Source of the DNA: Eledone cirrhosa
Taxonomy: Eukaryota
DNA: 64,000 nucleotides
NCBI GenBank assembly: GCA_964016885.1
Contig: OZ024742.1
Span: 337,714,001-337,778,000 of the forward strand
Direction of reading: 5' to 3'
The notes under the pieces were generated by a model that saw only the letters and a program-made list of their open reading frames with translations, had not been told where the DNA came from and searched no databases. Numbering within the stretch: position 1 is the first letter of the stretch; every line of letters begins with the position of its first letter. Shown here in pieces: positions 12,593 through 27,200 of this stretch. The position numbers and the translations under genes were made by a program.

Positions 12593-15500
12593 TTCAAGCT
12601 ATGTCCATATCAAATTTGAACAAGAGAGAACTCTGTAGTAAGTTGGGGGGGTTTGCATTTTAACCCTTTCGATACCCTATTTCTAACAAAAGACATTGGC
12701 TGCAATTTTCAAGTCAATTTGAAAAGAATGTAAAGAGATTTAGTAATACATCTAATTTTCCCATTATTAAGCTGCTGTTTGTTAACTTAAAGATTCTTAC
12801 ATAAACACTTTAAAACAACAGTTTTGTATCTCAGAACCAGAGCTGGTTTTTGGACATTTGGTATCAAAAGCATTACACCATCAAAATAGTTTTGTATCAT
12901 AGAACCATGAGTGATTTCAAGTGGGTTGGTATTAAAAAGGTCAAAAGTGAGAAAAAGAGAAACAAAAGAAATTGGCTTACATTTATTGCATCACTGTCGT
13001 TAGATTTTATAATTCCTCGCTGCCATGAATTTTCAACTTCCATAAGACATGGCAACCCAATAATAGCGTCTGTCTCTGCAAAAGACTCTAATGTATCAAC
13101 ACAGTTTTTTATTGCACTGAACAATTGTTCTGTGTCACTGTAATTATCTGATGGGGTCACGTAAAAGTCGTCTGGCGCAATGAAATTCAGCAATCTCACT
13201 TTGATACGGTTGCTGATTTCCATGTGCCAGTCTAGGAATGGTAAAAGTGGGTCGCCCTCTTCTATATCTCCCAAAGAACGCCTCAGATTTAATGGCTGGC
13301 AATCCTCAAAGGGATTCGAGATAGTTTCCATTCTAGAATCAGAGCAAGAGACAGAACTTTTTGGTTTTATCATATAGTTTGACATGAGGCTGGTGCTCAA
13401 ACTTTGATCTAAGTCTTCCCATTCACTAGGACTACAATCAAACAAGTCAGGTTCAAGAGGAGAGCTGCTGTCAACACTATGGGAAAACTCCACTGATTTA
13501 TCTGTAACAGCAGTGGTTTCGATATGGGTAGAGCTGATTAGATTGCTGTTGACATCACTGTTGTCTTTCAAAATGGCATTGGAAAGGTTCTCTTCTATAA
13601 TCTTTGGGCTCATCTTTTCAGTTAAATCCTTTTCTACATTTGTAATCATTTGGTCATTTTGATCAGCTGGACAGTTTTCAGTGATAGTTGTGCCATCATG
13701 GAATGCCTGATACCCATTACTCTTCTTCATACTTTCACTGTTGCTAGTGTTCAAATTCTTGGTATTATAGCTGTGAGGATCAACTGAAGAGTTTGGAATG
13801 TCAATGTCATCAAATGTATCTTGGTAGACATCCAAATCAGAATCTTCATTCTCTGTTGTTTTGATATCTGAACAGTGAAGAGTCGATTCAATGTCTGGAG
13901 AAACAAGGGTAGCTGATTCACTGTCTGGAGAGAGAATATCTGGAGACACAAGCGTAGCTGATTCACTGTCTGGAGAGACAATATCTGGAGAAACAAGGGT
14001 GGCTGATTCACTGTCTGGAGAGAGAATATCTGGAGAAACAAGCGTAGCTGATTCACTGTCTGGAGAGACAATATCTGGAGAAACAAGGGTGGCTGATTCA
14101 CTGACTAGAGACACAGCTGTAGTTGATTCGCTGTCTAGAGACACAGCTGCAATTGATTCACTGACTAGAGACACAGCTGTAGTTGATTCACTGTCTAGAG
14201 ACACAGCTGTAGTTGATTCACTGTCTAGAGACACAGCTGTAGTTGATTCACTGTCTGAAAGGACAACTGTAGTTGATTCACTGTCTGGAAAGACAACTGT
14301 AGTTGATTCACTGTCTGGAAGGACAACTGTAATTGATTCACTGTCTGGAAGGACAACTGTAGTTGATTCACTGTCTGGAAGGACAACTGTAGTTGATTCA
14401 CTGTCTGGAAGGACAACTGTAGTTGATTCACTGTCTGGAAGGACAACTGTAGTTGATTCACTGTCTGGAAGGACAACTGTAGTTGATTCACTGTCTGGAA
14501 GGACAACTGTAGTTGATTCACTGTCTGGAGAGACAACTGTAGTTGCTTCACTGTCTGGAGACACAACTGTAGTTGATTCACTGTCTGGAGACACAACTGT
14601 AGTTGATTCACTGTCTGGAGACACAACTGTAGTTGATTCACTGTTTGGAGAGACAACTGTAGTTGATTCACTGTTTGGAGAGACAACTGTAGTTGATTCA
14701 CTGTTTGGAGAGACAACTGTAGTTGATTCACTGTTTGGAGAGACAACTGTAGTTGATTCACTGTTTGGAGACATAGATGTACTTGCTTCGCTGTCTGGAG
14801 AGACAACTGTAGTTGATTCACTGTCTGGAGACACAACTGTAGTTGATTCACTGTCTGGAGACACAACTGTAGTTGATTCACTGTCTGGAGACACAACTGT
14901 AGTTGATTCACTGTCTGGAGACACAACTGTAGTTGATTCACTGTCTGGAGACACAACTGTAGTTGATTCACTGTTTGGAGACATAGATGTACTTGCTTCG
15001 CTGTCTGGAGATGCAGATATATTTGCTTCAGTTTCTAGGGACAAAAATTCAGTTGCTTCAATTTGTGAGGACTCAACATCAAGGGAGTGCTGATCCTGCA
15101 CTGCTTCGTCCTCCTGAGAGTCAGTGTCTTGTGATTCATTATCTATTAATACCTCATTATTTACTGACTGAACATCTGAAGAGACATCATCTGCTGAGCC
15201 AGCATCTATTAAGTTCAGATCGGAATAACTTTCTCCACATCCACTGTTTGGAGCAGTTTCATCACTTAAGAGAAACATTTGTGCAGTGAGACCCGAGGCC
15301 ATGCCACACTCTATCAGAATCTCTTGAAGAGGTTTATCATTGCCATCTTTTAAGTTAACCTGGTAAGCACTGTTAATCCTTTCGGTCAAAACTGACATAG
15401 TAAACACCTTTTCAGAAACAATCTCTTCAAAACCAGTGCACATATCTTCATCCCAGTAACTCTCACCTTTTGGTGTTACTTCAGCTAAACTACAGTGCAA

Positions 15501-18500
15501 AGCTTGTTTGGGAAGAATCAGGAAGTGTTCAGGAATTGGCATTAACTCAGTCATCATCACTGATTCTATATTACCATAATCACAGAATATCACATCTACT
15601 GAGGATGAGGCAGCATCTACTGAGACAATTTCGGCACGATAAAGAACTCCATCTTCACTGTATTTAGCAAGACATGGTAAGCCTGTATAGATCTCTGCAG
15701 TTGGGATGACATCGTCACATTGGTAAAGCTGTAACTGGTTCATTAAGCTGTCAAGACCAAAAGAGTCTGAAGACTGGCACCAGAAATCTTCAGGATTCGT
15801 TGTGAAACAAACTTTAACTTCCATACTGAAGCCTGGTTGATATATTGGTTCAAGATACCTACAAATAACAGAACAACAAAATATATTAAAACTGTAAATT
15901 CCAGACATGGAATATATATTAAAACTATAAAATTCCTGACATTTAGAATTGAAAGGCTTGAGTACATGTGTCTGATACTGCTAAGGAAGTAATTCAGTTC
16001 AATTTGTCAAAAAAGGATTGGGCAGAAATTCCCTAATGTGCAGACAGAGTAATCTGCGAATGTACAAGAGAGGTTGTGGAATTACATAGAGGAAGTTCAT
16101 GGAAAAGATAGACTTTGTCTGTATATGTGGCAGATGCAAAGGAGGAGTAAGCACTAAGAGCATACATGAAATAGATTCCCTCAATTGCTTGCAAGGTTAC
16201 CTAGAAGTTGTTGACACTTTTTATTACCTAGGTGATTTAATCAGTATATGAGAGAATGCTCTGAAAGTATAGTAGCTACAGCAAGTTTAGGGAGCTAGCA
16301 CCTCTGCCGACAATAAAGGGCTTCTCTCTCAGGGTGAAGTCTAGATACCTACATGCAAACTGCAATGCTACATGACAGTGAAACATTGGTTTTAACTGCA
16401 GAACGCCTGCAAAGGCTAAAAAGAAATGAAGCAGATATGCTCCAATCGATGTGTAATGTTAGAGTGCATGAACATAGCATAAGTGAGTTGAGAGAAAAGA
16501 CTGTGTATAAGAGAATTTGGATGTAGTGCGCAAGAGAGAAGACTATGTTGGTATGGACATGTGATGTGTATGGAAGATGGCAGTTGTATAAAGTGCAGAG
16601 AAATCTCAACAAATGGGACTTATGGAAGAGGTAGACCTAGGAAGACTTGGGATGAAGATTGAACTGAGGAACTTAAATTTCATGACAAACAACTGTGGGG
16701 ATTGGTGATATGAAGTAGATGAGACTTGCTTACCAGCATAAGAATGTGGCCTCATCCATCCATACTCCCTTCCACCATCACAGAAATTATTCTCACCATC
16801 ACTATACCCCACCCCACTGTATCTAGGTTTCTCCTCACCCCTTAACCCATTAACATTTACATTACTTTATCTTGCATAATTATCTCATATAATATCGAAT
16901 CTACAAGATTTTGATATTTATTTTGAGAACAATGCCTTAACATCAGTATGAATGGTTGGTTACAGCCAGTTTGAACAGAAAGAGGGGAGAGAATTCTGGC
17001 CTGATACAGCCGGGTTAAATCTTAACATACAGACCACAGCTGTTCATAGCCCAATACTGCCCCAACCCGCTATTCAAGACCAACCCATCCCTTCCTCACA
17101 TCACCATGTGAAACTCCACCACACTTGTCATACTTTCTCACCTCTTCTCTCCCTCACATCATCCCTTTCAACTCATACACCCATGACACCATATTAAAAC
17201 ATCTTTCCTACTCCCTCTTCCCTATAGAGTACAGAGAGCACTTCAGTTGAGTCAATGAACGACAACATCTCTACAACTTGCGCCATGCTAAAATACACCC
17301 AGTACACGCTGTAAAGAGGTTGGTGTTGGACGGGAATCTAGCATTAGAAAAATTGCCAAACAAAAGATTCTTCAATTATGTCAAAGACATGACAACCACC
17401 CTAGTGTTGATGTCATGATAAAATGCACCCAGTGCACCCTGTAGAACATGTGTAAGCAAGATGCTGGACCCTGGCACATTTGAGAGGTCTGTGGCTCTGA
17501 TTAAGTACTAACTTGATCTGTGATGACCTGTTGACCTGTCCAACCCTTGCTAGCAGAAAAAAAAGACATTAAATGTTGATAATGATGTAGCAACAATTAT
17601 GTATAGACAGAAAAGATGATAGGTAGAAAGTCATTATCATACAGTGGTCTCTAGCCTGGGTTAGTGAAAGAACTGTGTTTCCTTCAAGGTTAGACCTGGT
17701 TTTGTGAAAGAGGGGTATCTACAGGGTTTGACCTTTTGCGAAAGAAAAAGGAGCTTCCTACAGTGTTTGCGGAAAAAGAGGGGGGAGGGATTTCCTATAG
17801 GGTTTGGGAAAGAAAAGAGGGCTTTCTACAAGGTTTGAAAAAGAAAAGGTGGCTTCCTACAGGGCTTGAACTGGGTTTGTGAGAAAAAGGGGATACTTAC
17901 AGGGTATGTTAGTTTGACCTTTCTTCATGATATTTTAAAACTTCTATTTTAATGTCATTTTTTCATGAAATGTTACAGTGTATAATAAAAGAAACATATA
18001 TAGGGCTTCAATTGTCTAGGTTACATTTGTTTTAATAAGTCTCTCAGTAATATTTGAGGTTCATATTGTGAATATTAAGTTAAAGGGTTCTTATAAATCA
18101 ATAATATTTGGGGATATTATAGTGAAATATAAAGTTTAAGGGTTCTTGTAAACCTTATCATGATCAATATGAACAAGGAGGTGGTTCAGGGTCCCCGGAA
18201 GCCCGATGTTTCCACTACTATGGGTACAACAAGAAACTTATCATAAAGTATATGGTACTAGGTCAGCTTGATTTTTCTGAATGACATATACTCTTGGGCC
18301 CTAAATAATGGGAGTAAATGGGGTAGGGGTAGGAGTGGAAGATTGATAATTTTTCTAGGTTGTCTCCATTTTCTTTTTATGAAAACTAGAATTAGTTGTT
18401 TAGTTTACATATTGAGACCCCAACCCATCCTATTTATTTTATAACATGGGATTTCTAGTAATGTATTTTTTGTCATGTATAATGTTTTTTAATGTCTAAA

Positions 18501-21252
18501 ATTGTTACAGTAATGGTACCATTTAAAATAAAATTTCACTGGAAATAGATCAGCAAAATAATAAGTGGGAGTGTGGGTGGGTGGAAAAATCTGAAAAATT
18601 AATATGCAGGGGGACGGCAATTATTTAAGACCCGAGAGTACATTTACTCAGCTGTAGAAATGAGATGATAGGGACTGGGGTCCATATCATTCCACTGCAA
18701 AGTGGTTGTGGAGGTGCCACGGCAAAAAAGCACCCAGCACTCACTGTAAATGAGGTTGGTGTTAGGAAGGGCATCCAGCTGTAGAAATCAAGCCAAAATC
18801 AGTTCCCGTCCCACCCTTGCAAGCAGGAAAAAGCGGGCGTAAAATGAAATGATGATGATGAAATGATGGAAAAACAGACATGCATTCACACGCACACAGA
18901 AAGTACTCACCTGCAATAACTAGTAGATACCTCTGCATGTAACAAGGACACTACATAGAGATTTTCTTCCTTGCATTCTTTCACCTTCATCTGTCCAGTC
19001 CTAAAGAGAGAAAAGAATCTGATTAAAACACACCCCTAAAAATATCCATAATTTATAACATTTGGCAAAACTCCACGATTTCAGATTTATTTTAACATTG
19101 GAAACATCTTTCAGCTTCTCAAAAACCACCACATGGTAAATATGTCAAACTACCAAAAATCTGGAAGTCACCCTTGAGGAAGTGTATTAAGATCAGATTC
19201 TTTAACAACAGTTGAATCTGTCTTGTTATACGGCTGTGAGAGATGGACACTCACACAGCAACTTTACAATCAGCGGGATGTAATAATGTACTCCTGCATC
19301 TTACAGATGGTTCTAGTTTCTTTGGAAAATCCACATCAACGATACAGAATTTTATGATGGTCTGCTAAAGTTAACTGAAAAGATAGCTCAGCGAAGTCGG
19401 CAATTGGCAGGTCACTGTATGGGACATTGTAAAGAAATGGCCTCAAATCTAGTGCTATGGCAGTTATTAACATATGGATGGATTAACTGTGGAAGGTTTC
19501 TATTGGCAGGTCACTGTGTGGGATATTGTGAAGAAATAGCCTCAAATTTGGTGCTATGGGAGACAGTAAAGGGATGGATTAACTACTTTTAGCATTTGCA
19601 TTACTTTATATTTACTATTGTATTTTCACGGTAAAGGCTTTATCTTACATAATTATCTCACATAATATCGAATCTCCGAGATTTTGATGTAATTTATTTT
19701 GAGAACAATGCCTTAATGTAGGTATGCGTGGCCAGTTACAGCCGGTTTGAACAGAAAGAGGTGAGAGAGTTTTGGCCGGATATGGCCGGTTTAAATGCTA
19801 AAGGGTTAACTATGAGAGACAGTAAAGGAATGGATTAACTATGGGAGACAGTAAAGGGATGGATTAACTATGGGAGACAGTAAAGGGATGGATTAACTAT
19901 GGGAAACAAACCACTAACTTTACTGACATACATCAAAGACACTGGTCTTGTATCAAAAATAAGATCAGTGATTGTGGAGTGAGACATCTGGCAAGACCAT
20001 GTTTTCCTGGTTCAATTAGGACATTGATTGAGATAAAATAAGATATCGACATTTATTGTTCTTATACGTTGTTCTGTCAAATACTATTGAAGAAGTGTCT
20101 GTCAATGTAAACAACATTACTGCATACATCATCATAATGTCCACTATCCCTGCTAGCAAAGGTCGGACGGGTCCATAAAGTTCGGACGGGTCCATATAGA
20201 CCAAGTCAGTACTGAAGCAGAGTTACTGATCTCCCAGGCAGGTCAGGGACTTGTGCGCTTATGTACAATCTCACGTTCCAACATGTATTGATAGATTTTA
20301 TAGAGCTTTCATTATCAAGATGAATAATTTTTGCAGGTTCACCTAGCTAAATAGTAATATGGTTTTTATTCCTGTTGAGCACAGAGGAGATGACAAAGGA
20401 TCATGATGTGTGGAGAGGTGCCATGCTGAGAAGGACCCGTCCAACCCATGCAAGCATGGAAAAGCGGATGTAAAAATGATGACGTCGATGATGATGGCAA
20501 ATGGACTAAATCCTAACTTTGGAAGTGTTTCTTTGGTTTTCTGTCAACAAAAATTCAGTCTATTATCTATCTCTCACACACACTTACATCAAGAGCATGA
20601 CAACCTCTTTAGTGTGGGTGATCTACATGATAACTGTACCCAGTACACTCTGAGAAAACTTGGCCAAAGAGTCAGGAGAACTCTTTAGATGTGTCAAAGG
20701 CATGACATCTCCAGTGCTAGTGACATGATAATATGTACTCAGTAGAACCTGCGAACATATGTAAATGAGATGCGGGGGCCCCTAGCCAGTCTCAGCACTC
20801 AGTAGAGTGTGGGAATGTATGTAAGTGAAATGCAGGCCCACACTTCATCTGAGAGGTCAGTAGCTTTGCTAGCAGGGGAACCAATGTTAAATGATGATGA
20901 TGATGATTCATCGATATTTATAGCTCAGACTATGACAACCCATCTAACTTATGTAAGAATGGAAAGGGGATGTAAAATGATGGCAAAATAATTACTGTAG
21001 CACGCATGCGTTTTGCAAATACATAGACCAGCTAAGGAAAAAAACTCTGATCACTCGTTTATTTTATGATGGACTGTTTCAGCTTTGCATCTGAAAAGAG
21101 GGTTATAGCCCTGAAATATCGTGCTAAAATATACTAGTTAAAACATTACTTGTTTTGTTTTGCTTCATTTGCCCATCATATTTTTCTACTGTATTGTACC
21201 AGCTTTTAAAATAAATTTATCGGTCTTTTACTAAAAATAAATAAATAAATAA

Positions 21253-21287
<35 letters not shown>

Positions 21288-24200
21288 TTGTTAACCTTGT
21301 TTAGCTTGCTTCATTTTTTTGGCTCAGGTGGCTGATGGCTTCACAACCACTGTTTTCATTTTGTCTGGCCTCTATAACATATGTTAATTGCTCTGGTCTT
21401 CTTTTATCCATTGAGCACTCTTGCCGCATATCTCGAGGATTGCGTTTTGTTTTTGGCCACCACCGAAATACGATCTCACTGAAATTATATTTGTATATAC
21501 ACACACACACATCCATGCTAGCGTAGAAAATGGATGTTAAATGGTGATGATGATGATGATGATAATTTCTGACCATGACAATTCATCCAACACATACAAG
21601 AATAGAAAGCAGACATGAAATGATGATAATATATATGATGGACTTTTTTACAGTTTCCATCTACCAAAACACTGTTTTGCCTGAAATTATAGTAGAGAAC
21701 TATCCATGGTGCTACATAGTAGGATAGACGCCAGGACCACATGGTTGCAAAGCAAACCTTTTAACCACATGGTAAAGGTGTACAATATAATAAATAGACA
21801 CTTTACTATTAACAGTATCTAATATAATATATATATTAGTATTAAAAGTTTATAAGAATGTATATATAGGCAATTTAGTATCAAATATATATAATATAAT
21901 GTAGTATGTATATATACTATAGTATCAACGATATAGAATATAATGTAGCATTTAGACACTTTAGTATCAAAAGTATATAATATAATATAGTATGTATATG
22001 CACTTTAGTATTGAAGGCATATATGATAACAAAGTATATAAACACTTACCATGCATCTGATACAAAAGACTGAGAAGTTGGATCTTCTGCTATTTCACAG
22101 TGGATAGCTAAAGGTGGTAATTCAGCGAGAAAATGGAACAATTCTTTGAGACAGTTTTTGTTTACTGTTTTTGTAAGAGCAGAGTCAATATCAAAGACAG
22201 TTAAAAGCTCATTGGTAACAGTTTTTAGTTTAGCTCGATAAACAGTTTCATCAGGAGTAACCACAGCATACAACATACCAATTTCACATTCATTGACAAC
22301 AGCTTCAGCAGGAGATAAATTTCGGTAAATTTCTTCCAAGAGATCCTTTAGTTTATCAACAATAGGCACTTTAGGAAACATTTTTATCCAGAATTCCTGT
22401 TGAGATACAACATTGCAGATATGAACATTGAGCAACTCTCCACAAACCAGGTTCCACTGGTAATGTTGTTTTTGCAGCCAAGCAATCACATCCATAACAG
22501 AGCGGTTGACAATAACATCATTTGAAAGTTCAACTTTGTTGTAGACCTCAGCTATGTCTTGTTCTACAAGAAGTTCAGCAACACTTTTGCCTTTCAAGGT
22601 TAAGTTTATCACATATCCTGTACCACCAGAGTGTTGCAGAATGCTGCAAACTTCAGCTGTCATCAACTGATTTAGACATAAGTTCTGAAAGATACTGAAA
22701 GAGTTCTGAGACCAGGAATTATTTTTGCCTTCAACGTAGGCTAAATGACATTCGAATGCTTGCATTGGAAGTTCTGTAAAATCTTTATGCATCGGCCAAA
22801 TACTTTTCCTTTCCACAGTTTCTGTATTACCAAAATCAACAAGTAAAATATCACAGCTAAACTTTTTCAAAGCCTGTACTTTACCACGGTAAAATTTCCC
22901 ATCTTTGGCAGATCTGACAACACAGAGAGAGGACACGTGGAGATCTGTAGCCTTATTTATTCTATCACAATTGCTACAATATTGGCTCATTTCCTTCTCA
23001 AGCTGTTTCAGAGAAATAATACTCTCTTCAGGCTGACACCAAAAATTCTCAGGTGTAACAATGTGAGTGAGGTATACACCAAGAGATTCAAACTGAAGCA
23101 GATCTAAAGGCTGAAGAACATCTGAAAAAGACAGAAAAAATTTGGTTAGCAATAATGAAACAACAAAAAAACACGGGTTGGAGAACCTGCTAAAATAGGG
23201 GATAGACTTGTGGGTCCCATGATAAGCTCCTCCATTTGTCCTATTGTCTCCCTCACCACTAACCCCTCCAGATTTCATTTCCTCTGCTATATTTAGCCAT
23301 GTCTTTTATGATCTTCCCTTTCCTCTACTTCCTTCCACATTCATTTTCAATACTCTCCTCATCCAATCACATTCATCCTTCCTTGACACACAACCCAACT
23401 ATCTCATTACATATATTTTCATAGCATTCACCACTGGCTCCATTCCTTTCAACCGGTCACATTCATCCTTCTCATTCTATTTCTCTTCACAACATACATC
23501 GCTGGCTCTATTCTTCTCACCCAGTCACTTTCCCCCTTCCTCAACACATGATCCAACCATGACATTCTATTTCTCTTCACAATAAATATGTATTAGAAAT
23601 GAGACAAGATACTTACTATCATCTATATTAGAGCTGTCTATAATAATCTGCTTTGGCACATGATTAGAAACAGTGTCAGCAAGCAGTTGTCCATCTAGTG
23701 AGGAGAGTTCCACAAGATATGGCTTGGATTTAGATTTAAAACTTACAACCAAAGATTTGGCATTTGTAGAGAGACAGAACCGGCTTTGCAGGCGCTCGTT
23801 CCACATTTGGCAGTTTTTTAAGGTGCATGGCACAGCAAGGGGTGGAAGTGTAGTCAAGTTGGTATCAGCAGCATTAATATTAAGTATGGAAGATAATGGA
23901 ATATCTTTTAGGTATTCTCCTGTGTCAATACATTTTATGTCAAGTATGAGATTAGGCTTCACACCAATAACAACACCACGGCATAACTTAGAGGAATTGG
24001 GGTTGAACACACTACAAAGGGAATTTATTTTAAGTGATGGACCACAGTAATTAACTGGTTGACAACAGAGTTTTTTGGACAGTTCTGAGTACTGTTCTTC
24101 CATACTTGCAAGCCTAATATAGAAAATTCCAGGTTTTTTACAATCTGTGATATATGTCACACGACACGGAACTTTTTCAGAAGGCACAGCAGTGTTAGCA

Positions 24201-27200
24201 AAAAGTTTTGAAACAAACAACACATCAGGCATAGAATCTTTATCTTCAAAAACATTCTCATCTTCAAATATGACATCCAAGTAGGATTTCGGTGGCAGCA
24301 CAGCACTGGACGGTTGAGTCAGCATCACTGATTCAGTGATTAGATTCTTAGCACATCCTGATTTGATAAAGAGAGAAGCAATGTTGTGGCCATCTTCAAC
24401 CAAAACACATTTTTCTTGACCAATATTCTGGATGGTCAGTGTCTTATTAAAAACCAAATCTTCAAACAAATCACAGCTATTTCTAGACCATTCCTCTTCA
24501 ATAGGCATTACATTGGCCAGAGAAAATTTATAAGCCAAAAATGGAAGAGACTGAAACTTTTCAGTCAGTGGTTTGATGCCCTGGAGGGAAACTCTTTCTT
24601 GGTTACCATAATCAACAAAACGAACTGAAGCATCTTCAGTGGTGTAATCAACTATAACTGCTCGATACCATTGGTCATCCAGGTAATATTTAGCACAGCA
24701 AAACATGCCAACTTCAATTGAGGTCAAAGATTTATCCAACCAATACTGCTTGGAGTACTCACTATTCAGATCATCAAGTAATTTTTCTATCTCCTCATCG
24801 TCTTCTACAAACTGGACATAAAAACAATCTGGGGTATATACATAAGATACAGAGACCTCCTTGATGTCTCCTATGGGTATTTTATCATCATGGGAAATAA
24901 TGGACAGTTTTGTATCTGTTGGTGATAGAGTGTCGGGTGGATGGAGGGCAGTTGATGTCTGAGCAGAAGAGTTAGATATGAACTGCTCTAAATGGGCAAC
25001 AATAGACATATTGTGTTCCACAATTAGATCCACTTCGTAAATTTCAGTAGTTTGGTCGTAATTTAAGAACTTGGCCTGTACTGACTTTTCGAGAACAAGT
25101 TCTGAAAAGACACCATTCACAATGGAGAGATGAGAATATATGTCAGACAACTTACAGTGAGAAGCTAACCGAGGAAGTTGCATATATTTGGAAGTCATCT
25201 GACGAATATTCTCCAGCATTACTCTATCACTATTTCCATAATCCACAAAGAGAACATTTAAACTATTCTGTTGTATGTCTAGCACTAGGGCTCTGTACCA
25301 TCTGTTGTCTTCAGAGTATTTAGCAATGCATGGACTGTCGACAACTAGATCGCCTGCTTTAACATGGGGGAGAGTCAAGGAGTTGCCATCTGCTGCCAAT
25401 GAATTCATGAGTACATTTAGTTCTTCAGAAAAACCAACCAACTGACACCAGAAATCCAATATACAGGTGTAATACGAGACCACCACAGCAGTGGTTTTAT
25501 CAAAACGTGGCTGTATAACTTTATATGTCTGAATATTTTTCAACTGGAGATGTCCATTTGATTCCTGATGTTGCTGAGGCTTAACATTTACTATTGCAGC
25601 CAGTCCCAATTGCAAGAACTTCTCAGCTATTAAAATGCCGTCAAGTTTCAGTTCCACATGAAATACATTTTTAACCTGTTTCTTGAAAGTACACATGACA
25701 TTTTCTTCAATGTTTTCCAAAAATATTTTAGCATCCTGACCCCATTCTCCAAAAGAGATTGGTTTAATATCACTCAAGCAACAACATACAGCTTGACAGC
25801 AGTGTCTGGTGAATGCTGGAACCAGTGGTTTTAGACTAGATACAAGTGTAACTTCATCATTACCAAAGTCAACAAAGCGGACACGTATGTTAGAAGTAAA
25901 GATCTCTTCAACAACTGCTCGATACCATGCAGAGTCTTCACTAAATTGGGCAACCACAAAATTTCCAACAGCTATTTGGCCTTCATATCTTTCTTTTGAT
26001 TTGTTATAATAATCTTGCATTTTTTGCACTAGTTCTTCCAACTGATGTTCATTGCTGACCAGTTGTAACCAAAAAGCATCTGGACTGTTGACCCACGATA
26101 TAACTACAGGTAAACTTGTACCATTCGCTATGGTCAAGGGCTTTAAAGTATTCGTATTTTCCACAATGGAAACTAGATTCTTTTTGGACAGTGGATCAAA
26201 CAAATCAAGGACATAAGTTCTTTGTAAACATGACAGCACTTTTGCAGTGAGTCGGTGATCAAGGGCCAAGTCTTGTAATACATTTATCTGAGATTCTGAC
26301 CAAATGGTTCCAGGAGGTAAATTCAGTGAACATTTCACAGCTATAGTGGGGACATCAATAAAACGATGTGGTAAAATTCTCAGTTGAGAAAAGGGTAAAA
26401 TTTCGGCATTTCCATAATCAACATAAAATACGGCTGCTTGGTCTTGCTTTATATCTACTATCTCGGCTCGATACCACATACCATCATCTGTGAATTTAGC
26501 TAGACATGGCGTTTGTGATGGTGGTATTGTCCTGAAGGTGCCATATGCATTATCACAATGGTTTTCATTGAGTTCCTTCATTAAACTTTTCAAAGCATTC
26601 CCCATACACACAGGCTGGCACCAGAATTCCTGTGGACTTATCAAAAATATCATACAAATATCCAAGCTGTCACCAACATTTAATTTGTAGTTTTGGTAAC
26701 CCAAATTGGCATATGAATCACTAGGTATAGAACCATTGACATTAGGGAGCAAATTCCTTTGACCCCGGCCATTCTTTACAGGAGACCGTCCTTTCGGTGA
26801 AATTCTTTTTCCCAAAGAATTTCTCGATTCTGATGCAACAGTGACTTGTAAATTGGACCGGTCACGACCAACAATAACTGACCGAAGAGATGGGTCACAT
26901 TGTAGTTCATCGTCATCGTCATCGTCTTCATCATTTCCATCTAAACAGAGACTGTTTGTGAGTTGACCGAATATGAGATTGATGCAGACATCTTCATCTT
27001 TGCTCAGTTCCATTGCATGGATGCCAGTGGAGCTGACAGACTTGACAGTGGCAGTGAAAAACTGCTCCAAAACCAAGTCTTCAAACTGAGCAATATGTTC
27101 AGGTGACCAATAACTCCGAACATTTGTTACTCCATGCAGACAACACGGAATTCCTTGAGCAGGCATCTCCATAAACTCTGGTTTTGTCACTTTAATGAGA

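Noticed and set aside
13891-15093. 400-aa plus-strand ORF and alternative-frame QLQL ORFs over the Tudor repeat
   Set aside because: By-products of a stop-free 30-bp repeat; the ORFs are essentially confined to the repeat
17640-18220. Possible hAT MITE with about 40-bp degenerate internal repeats
   Set aside because: Only one plausible TIR (cagtggtctc) and no TSD; too decayed to call
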